From Heterodontus francisci (lineage: Eukaryota), in NCBI RefSeq assembly GCF_036365525.1, contig NC_090408.1, positions 30,558,269 through 30,622,268 of the forward strand: DNA of 64,000 nucleotides, given 5' to 3'. This document shows positions 22,965 through 35,364 of this stretch, piece by piece (position 1 is the stretch's first letter; the number at the start of each line of letters is the position of its first letter). Both the position numbers and the translations under genes were made by a program. The notes under the pieces are model-generated. The model was not told the DNA's origin and ran no database searches. It saw only the letters and a list, made by a program, of their open reading frames with translations.

Positions 22965-25795
22965 TTGAATGCAAGGAATGTAGTAAATCCGATGAGCTGA
23001 GGGCACAGATTGACACATGGCAACACGATATCATTGCTATAATGGTAAGTTGGCTTAAAAAGGGGCAAGAATGGCAGCTCAACATCCCTGGATGTAGAGT
23101 TTTCAGGCGGGATAGCGAGGATAAAAAAGGAGGGGGTGTAGCATTATTGGTTAAGGAATTAATAACAGCTGTGAGGAGGGATGATATGCTAAATGAATCA
23201 TCAAATGAGGCCATATGGGTTGAGCTCAGAAATAAAAAAGGGGCAGCCACACTACTAGGAGTGTACTATAGACCCCCAAATAGTGAGAGGGAGATAGAAG
23301 AACAAATATGTAGGCATATTTCTGAGTGCAAAAACAATAGGACAATAATAGTTGGGGATTTCAACTACCCTAATATCAACTGGGATACAAACAGTGTGAA
23401 GGGGACAGAGGGCACAAAATTCTTGAGCTCCATTCAAGAGAACGTTTTTAGCCAGCACGTAACAAGCCCAACGAGAGGAGTGCAATTCTAGATTTAGTCT
23501 TTGGTAATGAAGCTGGGCAAGTGGATGAAGTAGCAGTGGGTGACCATTTTGGAGATAGTGACCATAATACAGTTAGTTTTAGTATAATCATGGAAAAGGA
23601 CAAAGATGAAACAGAAGTAACAGTTCTAAATTGAGGGAAGGCAAATTTTACGAAACTGAGAGGTGATCTGGCGAAAGTGGACTGGATACAGCTACTTGAA
23701 GGAAAATCAGTGGCAAACCAGTGAGAGGCATTCAAAAGCGAGATACTACTGGCACAGTGTAGGCATGTCCCCACAAAGATAAAGGGTGGTACAGCCAAAT
23801 CTAGAGCCCACTGGTTATCTAGAAGCATGCAGAGTAAGTTAAAGCAGAAAAAGAAAGCTTATGACGATCATAAAAAACTTAATACTTTAGAAAGCCTAGA
23901 GGAGTATAGAAAGTGCAGGGGTGAAGTAAAAAAGGAAGTTAGAAAAGCAAAGAGGGGGCATGAAAAATTATTGACATAAAATCAAGGAAAACCCAAAGAT
24001 GTTTTATCAGTACATTAAGAGTAAGAGGATAACTAAGGAAAGGATGGGGCCTATCAGGGATATACAAGGGAACATATGCATGGATGCAGAAGATGTGGGC
24101 AGGGTTCTTAATGTTTTTTGTCTCTGTCTTCGCAAAGGAGAGGGTTGATGCAGACATTGTAGTAAAAGGGGAGGAGTGTGAAATATTAAATATAAAGCAT
24201 AGTGAGACAGAAAGTACGAGAGGGTCTGACATCCTTGAAAGTGGATAAACTGCCAGGGTTCAGATGGATTGCATCCCAGGTTATAAAAGGAAGCCAGGGA
24301 GGAAATAGCGGATGCGCTGAGGATCATCTTCAAATCCTCACTGGATACAGGTGAGGTGCCAGAGGAATGGAGGTCTGCGAACGTTATACCATTGTTTAAA
24401 AAGGGTGTGAGGGATAGGCCAAATAATGATAGGCCGGTCAGTCTGACCCCAGTGGTGGGTAAATTATTAGAAACAATCCTGAGAGGCAGGATAAACTGCC
24501 ACTTAGAAAGGCACAGATTAATCAGGGAAAGTCAGCATTGATTTGTTAAGTCTTACTAACTTGACTGAGTTTTTTGAGGAAGTAACAAGGAAGATTGATG
24601 AGGGTAATGCGATGCATGTGGTCTACATGGATTTTAGTAAGGCATTTGACAAGGTCCCGCAGGGCAGACTGGTTAGAAAAATGAAAGCCCATGGGATACA
24701 GGAGAATGTGGCAGGTTGGATCCAAAATTGGCTCAGTGACAGGAAACAAAGGGTAGTGGTTGACAGATGTTTTTGCGAATGGAAAGCAGTTTCCAGTGGC
24801 GTTCCACAGGGCTCAGTGTTGGGTCCCTTGCTGTTTGTGGTATATATTAATGATTTGGATTTAAGTGTAGGAGGCATGATTGGGAAATTTGCTGATGACA
24901 CAAAAATTGGCCATGTAGTTGATAGTGAAGAGGAAAGCTGTAGACTCCAGAATGATATCAATGTTTTGGTTGAGTGGGTGGAAAAGTGGCAAATGGAATT
25001 CAATCCAGAGAAGTGTGAGGTAATTCATTTGGGGAGGGCAAACAAAGCAAGGGAATATATAATAAATGGGAGGATATTGAGAGGGGTAGAAGAAGTGAGA
25101 GACCTTGGAGTACGTGTCCACAGGTCCCTGTAGGTGACAGGACAGATAGTTAGAGTGGCGAAGAAGGCATATGGAATGCTTTCCTTTATTGGTGGAGGTA
25201 TAGAATTCAAAATAAGGGATGTAAAGCTGGAACTGTATAAAACACTGGTTAGGCCACAGCTGGAGTATTGCGTACAGTTCTAGTCACCACATTACAGGAA
25301 GGACATAATTGCTCTGGAGAGAGTACAGAGGAGATTTACAAGAATGTTGCCAGGGTTTGAAAGTCGCAGCTATGAGGAAAGATTGGATAGACTAGGTTTG
25401 TTTTCCTTAGAACAGAGGAGGCTGAGGGGTGACTTAATTGAGGTGTACAACATTATGAGGAGGCCTAGATAGAGTGGACAGGAAGGACCCGTTTTTCCTA
25501 GCGGAGAGTTCAATTACCAGGGGGCACAGAGTTAAGGTGATTGATAGGAGGATTAGAGGGGACTCACCCAGAGGTTGGTGGGTGTTTGGAATTCACTGCC
25601 AGGAACGCTGGTGGAGGCAGAAAACCCTCAACTCATTTAAAAGGTACCGGGACATGAACCTGATGTGGTGTAACCTACAAGGCTATGGACCAGCTGCAGG
25701 AAGGTGGGATTAGTTTGGGCGGCTAGTTTTTTCGGCCGGTGCAGACACGATGGGCTGAATGGTCTCCTTCTGTGCCATAATTTGTCTATCGTTCT
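22965..25795 (+). mobile_element. CR1 LINE, near-complete but disabled ORF2 (APE endonuclease plus RT)
   Basis: GGGVALLVKE, GVYYRPP, VGDFNYPNINW, SDH, WRSANVIPLFKKG, DFSKAFDKV, SGVPQGSVLGPLLF and KFADDTK. Several stops and frameshifts. CR1 3' UTR present. Confidence 0.96.
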
Positions 25796-26159
25796 TTGGA
25801 AGGGCATGAGTGTTGAAAGTGCGTGAGAAGAACGGGCCCTGTTGTGATGGCATAGCACCTACTGCCCAGGAGCACACATGAATTTGGGATGATGTATTGG
25901 AAGGCTGCTGACACCCAGGGAACTGGATCACTATAGGTGTTGTTACACAGGTGCCTGTTCGTTTTGGACTTCTTGAATTGGATTCATTATACTGCTAAAT
26001 CCAGGTTCTTTAACCCAACAGCAGAGTTACAGACCCAGAATAAGGGAGATGAATTTAATAATGCAAATGTGATTGGTTAGCACACACACACACCTGCCCC
26101 TCCACATTCCAAACTAAGCACGCACTAATGTTAAGTTCCCCTTAAGGAGTTTTCACTTT

Positions 26160-26777
26160 CAACAACAACTTGCATTTATATAGCATCTTTGTCCCAAAAT
26201 GTCCCAAGGCACTTCATTGGAGCATTATACCAAGCCAGAAAGTACATATTAGGACAGGTGACCAAAAGTATGGCAACAGAGGTCGGTTTTAAGGAGCGTC
26301 TTTACGGAGGAGAGAGAGGTAATAAAGCTGAGAGGTTTAGGGAGGGAATTCCAGAGCTTAGAGCCTAGCAGCTGAAGGCATGGCTGGCAATGGTGGAGTG
26401 ATGAAAATCAGGGATGTACAAGAGTCGAGAATTGGAGGAATGCAGAGATTTTGAAACGTCGTATGGCCATGAAGGGATTTAAAATGGAGGATGATTGCAG
26501 CATTGCTGGACATGGGAATGATTGATGAACTGCACTAGGATACACACAGCAGAGCTATGGATAAGATGAAGTTTATGGAGGGTGCAAGGTGGGACGCCAG
26601 CCAGGAGAGCACTGGAATAGTCATGTCTATCGGTAATAAAGTCATGGATGAGGATTTCAGCAGCAAATGAGCAGAGGTGAGGTGGAGATGGACGATGTTA
26701 CAGAGTTGGAATTAGGCAGTCTTAGTGATGGAGCGAATGGAGTGTCGGAAACTCAGCTCAAAGTGAAATAAGATACC
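26160..26777 (-). mobile_element. L2 3' fragment
   Basis: caacaacaacttgcatttatatagca tail. Collinear, with deletions, with 8639-9350. Confidence 0.85.
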
Positions 26778-27639
26778 CTTCATTGAGGGAGGTGTAGAGT
26801 GGAGAGGGAGGCTGTTTTGACTTTAACTCAGTAGCTCTCCTGCTAGGTGCTGAAGCTGCCATTTTAAAGGCAGGCTGAGTGAGCAGATTTCAGGAATTTT
26901 TTTCTCACCTCGGTTTGACCTCATTTTCTCAATGGTGTATGATGCATTAAGAGATTCACCATCACATCTGTCACTACAGACAGGTTGGATTGAGGTGGAA
27001 CTGGCTAGATTAAGTACCCACTTCCCAATTGTAAAAATACAGCATCGTTAGGAGAAACAAAGCTCTACAAAATATTACGGTATCCAGTTTGTTTAAAGTT
27101 ATTTTCATTCTCAATGTATAAAGTGGCTTATCTTTCATTTTTAGTTATAGGATAACAGTTGAAATATTTTGCAGTAAACCCCTGCAGTCGGTAGAATTTG
27201 TATCAGTGCCTTATATAAGGCAGAAGCTTGTCTTGAACAATATTTCTCTATTAATAGAATAGCAATAATATGATTAATGTGTTTGATTCATATCCACCAA
27301 TTTTCATACCATTTGGAGAAAGCTGATCAACATTTTCCTCGCCACTAAATTCTTGACGGTCTTTGGGGGACATGCTGTCAGTTGGAATGCTGGCCCCACT
27401 TTATGTTTCAGTGACCTGTGTGGATCAGTGCCTGGACGGCACACTATGTTGCAATAGTTAGCAATGGCCTAGTACACAGTGTACTGGGCTCTCTGCCCAT
27501 TACAGTGACTGAGTGGAGACCAGGTTCTGCTGCTAGTTCCCAATGAATATTGTTAAGACCTTTCTACCCCTGAGCAAAAGTAATGCCCGCAACAAATCGT
27601 CACAAAAGAATCAGTATGGAAAACTAAATGAAACTTCTT

Positions 27640-27942
27640 TTAGCTGTGATGTTACATCCAGGTCCCAGTTGCTTTTCCTGGTACATGTTAAAGATCCAGT
27701 GACACGCAAGTTTATCCAGTGTCTTCACCAACATCCCTCCATCAAATAGCACCACCACCAAAAACTGATGAACTGCAAATTTGTTTCATTGCTGTTTGTG
27801 GGCTCTTGCTGTGTGCAAAGTGTCTGCAGCAGTTGACTACATAATAACAATGATTGAACTACAAAGTAATTCATTATACGCAACATGTTTTGGGATGTTT
27901 GAGAGATGTGATAAGGCACTACAGTATAGAAATGCAAGTGTT
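27640..27942 (+). mobile_element. Diverged Deu-SINE 3' half
   Basis: gttaaagatcc..cattgctgtttgtggg.tcttgctgtgtgcaaa..tttgggatg..tagaaatgcaagt. Confidence 0.7.
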
Positions 27943-28099
27943 TTAAACTTCAGTGTGCTTCCAGAACTGCCAAGAGGGTTTGATGGACATGTGCTGATAA
28001 CACTGTTCTTAAGTCTAAATCATGAAGACAGATTGGAACCAGCTACATAGCATCATAACTCCACCTTTCTGTTATAAAAATAATTCTTTAAAACTCACT

Positions 28100-28485
28100 C
28101 TCGGCATTTGTGTGTCACTGTCAAGACTGGTTTCTATTGCCCATTCCTAGTTGCCCTTGAGAAGGTAGTGAGCTGGCTTCTTGAACCACTGCAGTCCGTG
28201 AGGTGAAGGTGCCCTCACGATGAAGGAGGGGGTTCCAGGATTTTGACCCAGCAACAATGAAGGAACAGTGATACATGTGCAAGTCAGGGTGGTGTGAGAC
28301 TTGGAGGGGAATTTTGAGGTGATGGTGTTCCCATGCGCCTGCTGCCCTTGTCCTTAAAGCTGGTGAAGGTCACAGGTTTTAGAGGTGCTACTGGAGAAAC
28401 CTTGGTGAGTTACTGCAATGCATTCTGTGGTAGGAACAACCTGGAGCTGTAGTATGGTGGGGGAGGGGGTGGATGTTTAAGCTAG
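28100..28485 (-). mobile_element. Older 3' fragment of the tRNA-headed LINE family
   Basis: tattgcccattcctagttgcccttgagaagg..ccaggattttgacccagc, collinear with 51830-52200. Confidence 0.8.
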
Positions 28486-29909
28486 TGCAAACAATTTTGT
28501 TCAGTAGGATGGATATTTATTGGAGCCCTTAAATTTTCTCCCCTTCACCCCTGAAGACATGGTTCTCCATGTGCAGCTCAGTGGACAAAATAGCCTCTCT
28601 CCATGATCTAAACATCTATGGTGAAGCCATTTTCTCCTCGTTACCCTCATGAAATCCTGCTGCACTTTAATGAAGGTGAGAGAAAAATGCCAAACTTGCT
28701 GCTGCAGATTTTGCATGAAACAGTGCAGTACTGGATAAAATCAGCAAAACTGTGCCTCAAGTTGTTTTGAGGCCATGGAGCACGAAGACACTGCTCAGGA
28801 ATAAAATCCTGCCCCATAATTATGCCAATTTTGAAACAAAGGAAATGCCCTGATAAACTATTTTTGGCACAATCCCTTTAAGCACTGACACTGGGGAACC
28901 TGATTGTTGTATTGCTTTCCTTACTCAATTATTTTGGTTGGGGCTCATTAGCTTCAAAACTGTTGAATGTGTACATGGCCCTGTTGGGACAATGTCTCTA
29001 CTTAGACAGAGAATTGACCTGCATGTAAGTTATATCATCAATTCACCGATGGAAAAACTGACTTGTGCTATACCTGTTATTGACCTAAGCTCAGACTGCG
29101 GACTCCAGTTCAGCATTTAATTAGCAACTTAAATTGACTAACCAGCTGTTTAAAAAAAGTTGTAATCTAAGAATGTGCTTGGTTTAAAGGTTTTCTCTCC
29201 ATTTTAAATATCTTTTCTCCCTCCTCCCTTTCTCCTCCTTAATGTAGACACCCTGTTCAACAACAAGCCCTGCCGTGTCCCAGTTTTTCAGATCAGCAAT
29301 GAGTAACTGGTGACACAGGCTCTAGTGGCTGAATGGTCCAGCCCTGTTTCTGTGTTCTTGTGTTCCTAACTAAGGGGTTGAATAAGTGTTCTGGTCCAAG
29401 CTCTCTAACAGCATTCTGTGTCCAGCATCTAGGAGATCTTGTCAGTCTTTTCCATGTGGATAGGCAGGTTTACTATGAGCCATCAGGAAGGGAGACACAC
29501 ACAGAATGATTAAAGAGAAAGAAAAAACTAAAGAGAAAACAAGAGATTAGCAAACATGCATGCAGCATATGGATATAATGGAAGAGAAAATTAGTGGAAA
29601 GACCGAAGGGAAGGGAATGATTAAAGGAAAACTGCAAATATAAGACAGAGACCAAAAAAACTCCTGTTCCACTGTAGAAAGACCAAGGCTGCAATCACAC
29701 TGACCAGCACGTGGGTTTTCACCAATGCAGCACAATTTGTTTTGGATATGTGTGTTATTGTAACCGTGCAGCATACTCTATTACACCAACACATTGGGAC
29801 ATCCATTGAAAAATATAAAGCTCGAATCTCAAAAATGATTTACCCATCCTCCCATTGGCCGAGTGCCTACAACACCTTACAGACCACGTAGAACCCATTT
29901 CTATACCCA

Positions 29910-30240
29910 TCCTGTGCTGAGTTAACTGATCTATCTGGGCAGCAGTAGTGATGCGACAATTGGTCCAAGGAGGAATAATCTTTTCGGGTTCCCTCTACAG
30001 ATCTCTATCCAGTAACTCCAGCTGGAATTGTGAATGCGAGGTGAGAACCAGTCTCGGTGAATTCTCCAACTTCCTCTCTGTTTACAAACCACGTCACAAC
30101 CCATCTCTTCAACGGAGCTTTTGGTCACCCTTCCTAATCTCTTTCCTATCTTAGCAACAGTTTTCCATATGTCGATCTGTGAAGTGCCTTAGTACATACC
30201 TTTCTATAATATCAGCACACTATATAAATGCAAATTCTTG
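29910..30240 (+). mobile_element. Ancient SINE-like fragment (29910-30050) followed by an old L2 3' end (30060-30240)
   Basis: ctgtgctgagttaactgatct..tccagtaactccagctggaa, then aacccatctcttc..gcttttggtcacc..tgtgaagtgcctt..ctatataaatgcaa. Confidence 0.55.
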
Positions 30241-30317
30241 CAGGCAAACTTCAATAAATTACTTAACTTTCCGAGAAACTTAATCACCGAGCTGGTAGCT
30301 GCTCCACAAAGTGTGAT

Positions 30318-30469
30318 ACAAGAGCAAAATACTGCGGATGCTGCAAATACTCAGCAGGTCTGGCAGCATCTGTGGAGAGAGCAACAGAGTTAACGCTTTA
30401 GGTCTCTGACCTTTCATCAGAAGCATATTGAAAGGTCACAGACCTGAAATGTTAACTCTGCATCTCTTC
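30318..30469. mobile_element. Penelope-derived palindromic mini-insertion with two inverted hammerhead-like motifs
   Basis: Arms cagagttaacgctttaggtctctgacctttca and tgaaaggtcacagacctgaaatgttaactctg. Flanks ccacaaagtgtgat (30304-30317) and ccacaaaatgtgat (30470-30483). Confidence 0.85.
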
Positions 30470-31027
30470 CCACAAAATGTGATGCTTTCATTGTAGGTTT
30501 TATGTTCTTTTTAAGAATTGGTTGGCGCATACAGACACCCACCCTACATCACATAAACCAGCTTGTCAGAGGCTCATTAAAAAAGTCTCATGTGCAACCC
30601 TTTTTTTACTGAGAAGGAAACCTGACAAAAAAAAATTATATATAGAACAAATTCTCATCTGTGAAGAGCTACAAAAGAAACCTGTAAAAACTCCCCACTG
30701 GTCCAGGCAAAGTTTAACGGATTTTCAGAGACGCACATGAAGGACAAAATATTTTTCTGCAATGTCAAAAACAGTTATTAGTGGAGGAGGGCCAGACCCT
30801 GGAGTTTTAGCGAGCTGTTGGAGACATTTTACGCAAATGATGTCACTGAATTTAAAAAAATGTTTACTTTGATCAACTATTAAATGCAAAATAGTATTTG
30901 TTTCCCCAGCATTCAAAAAAGGTTTAAATTGTGGGAAGTCAAGGAGGAAATGAAATGGTTAGGGAACACTCACACGTTTGTTCAATCACATGGCATACCA
31001 TTTACCTGGTCTTAGTATAGTGCTTAT

Positions 31028-32054
31028 TATTTTTATTAATTTGGGGGATGTGGGCATCGCTGGCTAGACCAGCATTTATTGCCCATCCCTAATTGCCCTT
31101 GAGAAGTTGGCAGTGAGCTGCCTTCTTGGACCGCTGCAGTCCTCGGGGTGTAGGGACACCCACGGTGCTATTAGGAAGGGAGTTCTAGGATTTTGACCCA
31201 GCGACAGTGAGGGAATGGCGATATGGTTCCAAGTCAGGATGGTGTGTGACTTGGAAGGAAACTTGCAGGTGGTGGTGTTCCGATGCACCTGCTGCCCTTG
31301 TACTTCTAGGTGGTAGAGGTCGTGGGTTTGGAAGGTGCTGTCGAAGAAGCTTTGGTGAGTTGCTGCAGTGCATCTTGTAGATGGTACACACAGCTGCCAC
31401 TGTGTGTCAGTGGTGGAGAGAGTTAATTTTGAAGATGGTGGATGGGGTGCCAATCAAGTGGGCTGCTTTTTCCTGGATGGTGTTGAACTTCATGAGTGTT
31501 GTTGAAGCTGCACCCATCCAGGCAAGTGGAGAGTATTCCATCACACTCCTGACTTGTGCCTTGTGGATGGTGGACAGACAATGGGGAGTCAGGAGGTGAG
31601 TTACTCAACGCAGGATCCCCAGCCTTGACCTGGTCTTGTAGCCACAGTATTTATATGGCTACTCCAGTTCAGTTTCTGGTCAGTGGTGACCCCCAGGATG
31701 TTGATAGTGGGGGATTCAGTGATGGTAATGCCATTGAATGTCAAGGGGTGATGGTTAGATTCTCTGTTGTTTGAGGTGGTCATTGCCCGGCACTTGAGTG
31801 GTGCAAATTTTACTTGCACTTATCAGCCCAAGCCTGGATGTTGTCTAGGTCTTGCTGCATCTGGACACGGACTGCTTCAGTATCTGAGGAGTTGCAAATG
31901 GTGCTGGTCTGACCTTATGATGAAGGGAAGGTCATTGATGAAGCAGCTGAAGATGGTTGGGCCTAGGACACTACCCTGAGGAATTCCTGCAGTGATGTGC
32001 TGGGACTGAGATGATCGACCTCCACCACAATCATCTTCCTTTGCACCAGGTATT
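31028..32054 (-). mobile_element. 3' kb of the tRNA-headed LINE family
   Basis: Collinear with 51800-52850. Includes RT motif GVPQGSVLGPTIFSCFINDL-like and the tail gggcaattagggatgggcaataaatgctgg. Confidence 0.92.
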
Positions 32055-32399
32055 AAGTAATATAAAGGCCAGCAGGGATTGTTGGTGATACTACCTTATG
32101 AATAAGTAACACTTGCATAATGACATTCCTTTGTCCATTCGATTAATGGAGGCGTGACCCATTTATTTTAAATGGATTTGTGCCTGTGTTAAAATAGCAG
32201 AGGAATGTCACACAAAGGCATTATGCATTTTACACTGATAATGCAGTAATTTCCAGTCTGTACTATATCAAATTATAAATGGTGACACTTCAGGTCAGCT
32301 AGTCTAAATTACTGTTCTGAATGTCATGGGAATGACTGCCATGTGTGATTATGTCTCAAATCTGAAGATGAGTCCATTATTCCCAACTAAAAGTCATTT

Positions 32400-32780
32400 C
32401 TTAAAGCACAGTGCATGCTGTGTAAAATATTTTTTGGAAATTGTCTGTAACAAGAAGAGCAGATGCTGAGCGAAAGAATGAGAGATTAGGAGGGGTGATC
32501 AAAAGCTTAGATATGGATTTTAAGGATGTTTTCAAGAAGAGGCAGAGGGTCTTGGGGACGATATTCCAGATATTGAGACCCAGGCGGCTGAAGGCACGGC
32601 TGCCAATGACGGGGTGAAGGGAGGGGGGAGACATAAGAGGCCAGGGTCAGAAAATTGAGATTTAGGGCAGCAAGAGATTACAGAGATGGCGAAGGGCAAT
32701 GTCATGGAGAGATTTAAACACAGGGATGGTTATTTTAAATTTGTGATGCTCAGGAACAGAAAACCATTGTAGGTCAGCCA
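32400..32780 (-). mobile_element. Old L2 3' fragment
   Basis: IGSRAFSRLGLNIWN..FLKTSLK remnant. gtgatcaaaagctt and gctgaaggcacggctgccaat blocks. Confidence 0.65.
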
Positions 32781-32959
32781 TTTTCAATATCTTGCATTTT
32801 CAGTTTTTTCTCTTCACTTTTAGCTCCATCATTCTGTGCAGCATTGCCTAACTGGAAGGATAGCCACTGAGTCTATTCATAAACACTTGGCTGAGGTACC
32901 ATGTAACTACCACTTGACGGTGTCCAAAATTATGTGTGTAACTACCAATTTGTCCCTCC

Positions 32960-33360
32960 TCCCTTCCTTTCCTTTCTCTTTTTCCTGAAGGCAAGCTACA
33001 GTTCTGCAAATGTCAAAGTCCTCCAACATCTCTGCTCCCACCCTCAAGTGGCCATCTTTAGTTGTAAACCTCGATAGTCAGTATTCGCAAGCTGTTCAAC
33101 CATGGGAGGAACTGCCCCTGTGCCTAATCATGTTCCTGCCGATATCAATCCATGCACTTTCCAATAGAGCTCACTGTATGGTTATAAACCCTGGATGATG
33201 TTTCTCTGCCTAGCCCAGGAATAGTGAGATCAATTACAGATCCTCCATTGTCACCCTACTGACATCAGCTACAGATCCTCTGCTGTTACCCTACTGAGAT
33301 CAGTTAAAGGATTGAACTGGGTCCTTTCTTGGTCTCCCTGGCTCAGTACAACACCAGAGG
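32960..33360 (-). mobile_element. Ancient SINE-like repeat (same family as 15984) with an internal ~35-bp tandem duplication
   Basis: ccctcaagtggccat..gcactttcca..ctgagatcag. Duplicated tacagatcct..ccctactga.atcag at ~33235-33305. Confidence 0.6.
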
Positions 33361-35364
33361 GTGAGTCACCATTTTGGGCTGCACTTCCCTCCTTCAACGT
33401 TTCTGCGCATTATAAAGTGTCATCTGTAAACATGAACTCACAACATGGGAATCAACCTGTATCATACACCTTTGGAAAACAGTGCAGTAGGTCACTGGGT
33501 CATCTGTACATAAAATATTTAAAACAACACAGATGAGTTGAATATTGGTGCACATTAAACCATCTTCCTGTTTTGATGTGTGCTCAGCATCTTTCACATT
33601 CATGCTGTGCAAACTCCAACTCTTCCAGATGTTCTTTGTCAATGTGAATGAAAGCCAGAATAAACAAGTCTGAGTGTATTCTTATTTTGAACTATCACAG
33701 CAACCTGGCAAACAGGATCTTTGTGTCCCAGAACAGTACATCACTCTTTCTAGTTTTTGATGCACTTTATTCAAAATCAGTATTGTGCTCTAGCGATCAT
33801 CAGTTATCATTGTGTTTAACATTTAACAAAGCGTCCTTGTAGACATGCCCTAACTCACATCGTCTGTTGTCCCAGCTGCAACACTGAAGAGCTGTGCAAG
33901 TGTCTCTCGTGATTTTCCTGCACCAGTTTAGCTGTAACCTGTTGTCATAACCTCCTCCTTCAGCTAAACAAAAGTCACCATCTCAGACAGTCATCTGACC
34001 ACTAAAGGTCTCAACAAGTGTTTCGAAACACAATAAATGCACCTGAAGCAATGTGCAAACACCAAGAGTTTGTTTCACATGTGAAATTATTGTGATAAAA
34101 ATAGCACAGTGGTCATTTTCCAAAGGCTTTGCAGAATCCTTTTTATAGAGTGATGTCAAGACTTGCCAATCCCACTATATTCAGAACTGCAAAGACAGTG
34201 TCAATTCCTTCATATTCAAAACATTCTCGGAGCTACATTTTCACTTTCAAACCCTTTTAGGCCAGAGTTTCTGCTTTGGGCTACAACACCACGGCCATAT
34301 GTTTTAAAGGGGTGCCATCTAAATGGAAAAAAGTGATAGCCAAACTTTTCTTTATATTTATAAATACGACACAAGTCATGCCAAAATGTATTGGGTCTCA
34401 TACATGTGGAATAATTGTGGAAAAAAATGACACATGGCTCACCACCTCCTTTAAGCTTTATAAACGCGTCTTTGTGAAGACACTGGCCCTTTAAATATCA
34501 GTTTGTTCCAGTGTGTTCAGAACATTGATTGCCTCAGCCCAGAATTAGACAGCTGCCCAGATGGGTTTGCTGTGTACAGCTACTGTGCAGTGTTGCAAAA
34601 CTGTGCTATAAGTGAAAGGGAGACGAGTCACCAGTCTTTAATCAGCGATGATCACACTCAGAATTTTCCATTTATTGGTGAAATTGTAACATCTGCATCA
34701 TGAGCGACAAATAACTGATGGCCATGCATATTGCTTGAGATAGCTGTCTTACACAAAACTGTGGGAGTTCTGCACCATAGCATACAAATCAATTTGTGGC
34801 TGGTGGATGTTGCATGGGAGCTAATGCATTTGCTGCATCAGCAACCTTATAGGCTGTAAGCTTAGAAAAAGGTCAAGAAATAAAGAAAGCTGTGAATAAA
34901 ACATGGTTATGTTTTCATTTTCCCACGCATTGAACAATTCCAGTAATTTGACTGGAATATGATGCCTTTTTGACTGATGCAGCAGTATCATGGAACTTCT
35001 GGATGCCCAGCCACATTCCTGCATAAACACATTGCTAAAATGTGCCCTTTTGCTCTCTATTTACCTCTCTACAGTGGTGTCACTGCAACCCTTAAATAAA
35101 ACAGATAGCTCTTTCCGGATTTAATGTGTTAACAGTGCTGGTGTTTTTGAAATTGTTTCAATTTTTTTTTGCCAAGGAGCAAAAAATGTCAATTCAGCAA
35201 ATGAGGCATGAAACAAACCATTAAAAATGGAATTCAATCTACATTTAGTGCATACCACATGTGTATGTGAAATGGAACACAAAATTAAGCAGAATATTTT
35301 CAAACCGCTCTGATTTTTTTTATATGTTCAGGAAATTAAACTGCGCAATACTGTTAACACCATT

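Noticed and set aside
27467-27489. Short palindrome cctagtacacagtgtactggg
   Set aside because: A 10-bp stem with a mismatch is plausible by chance in 64 kb and has no supporting context.
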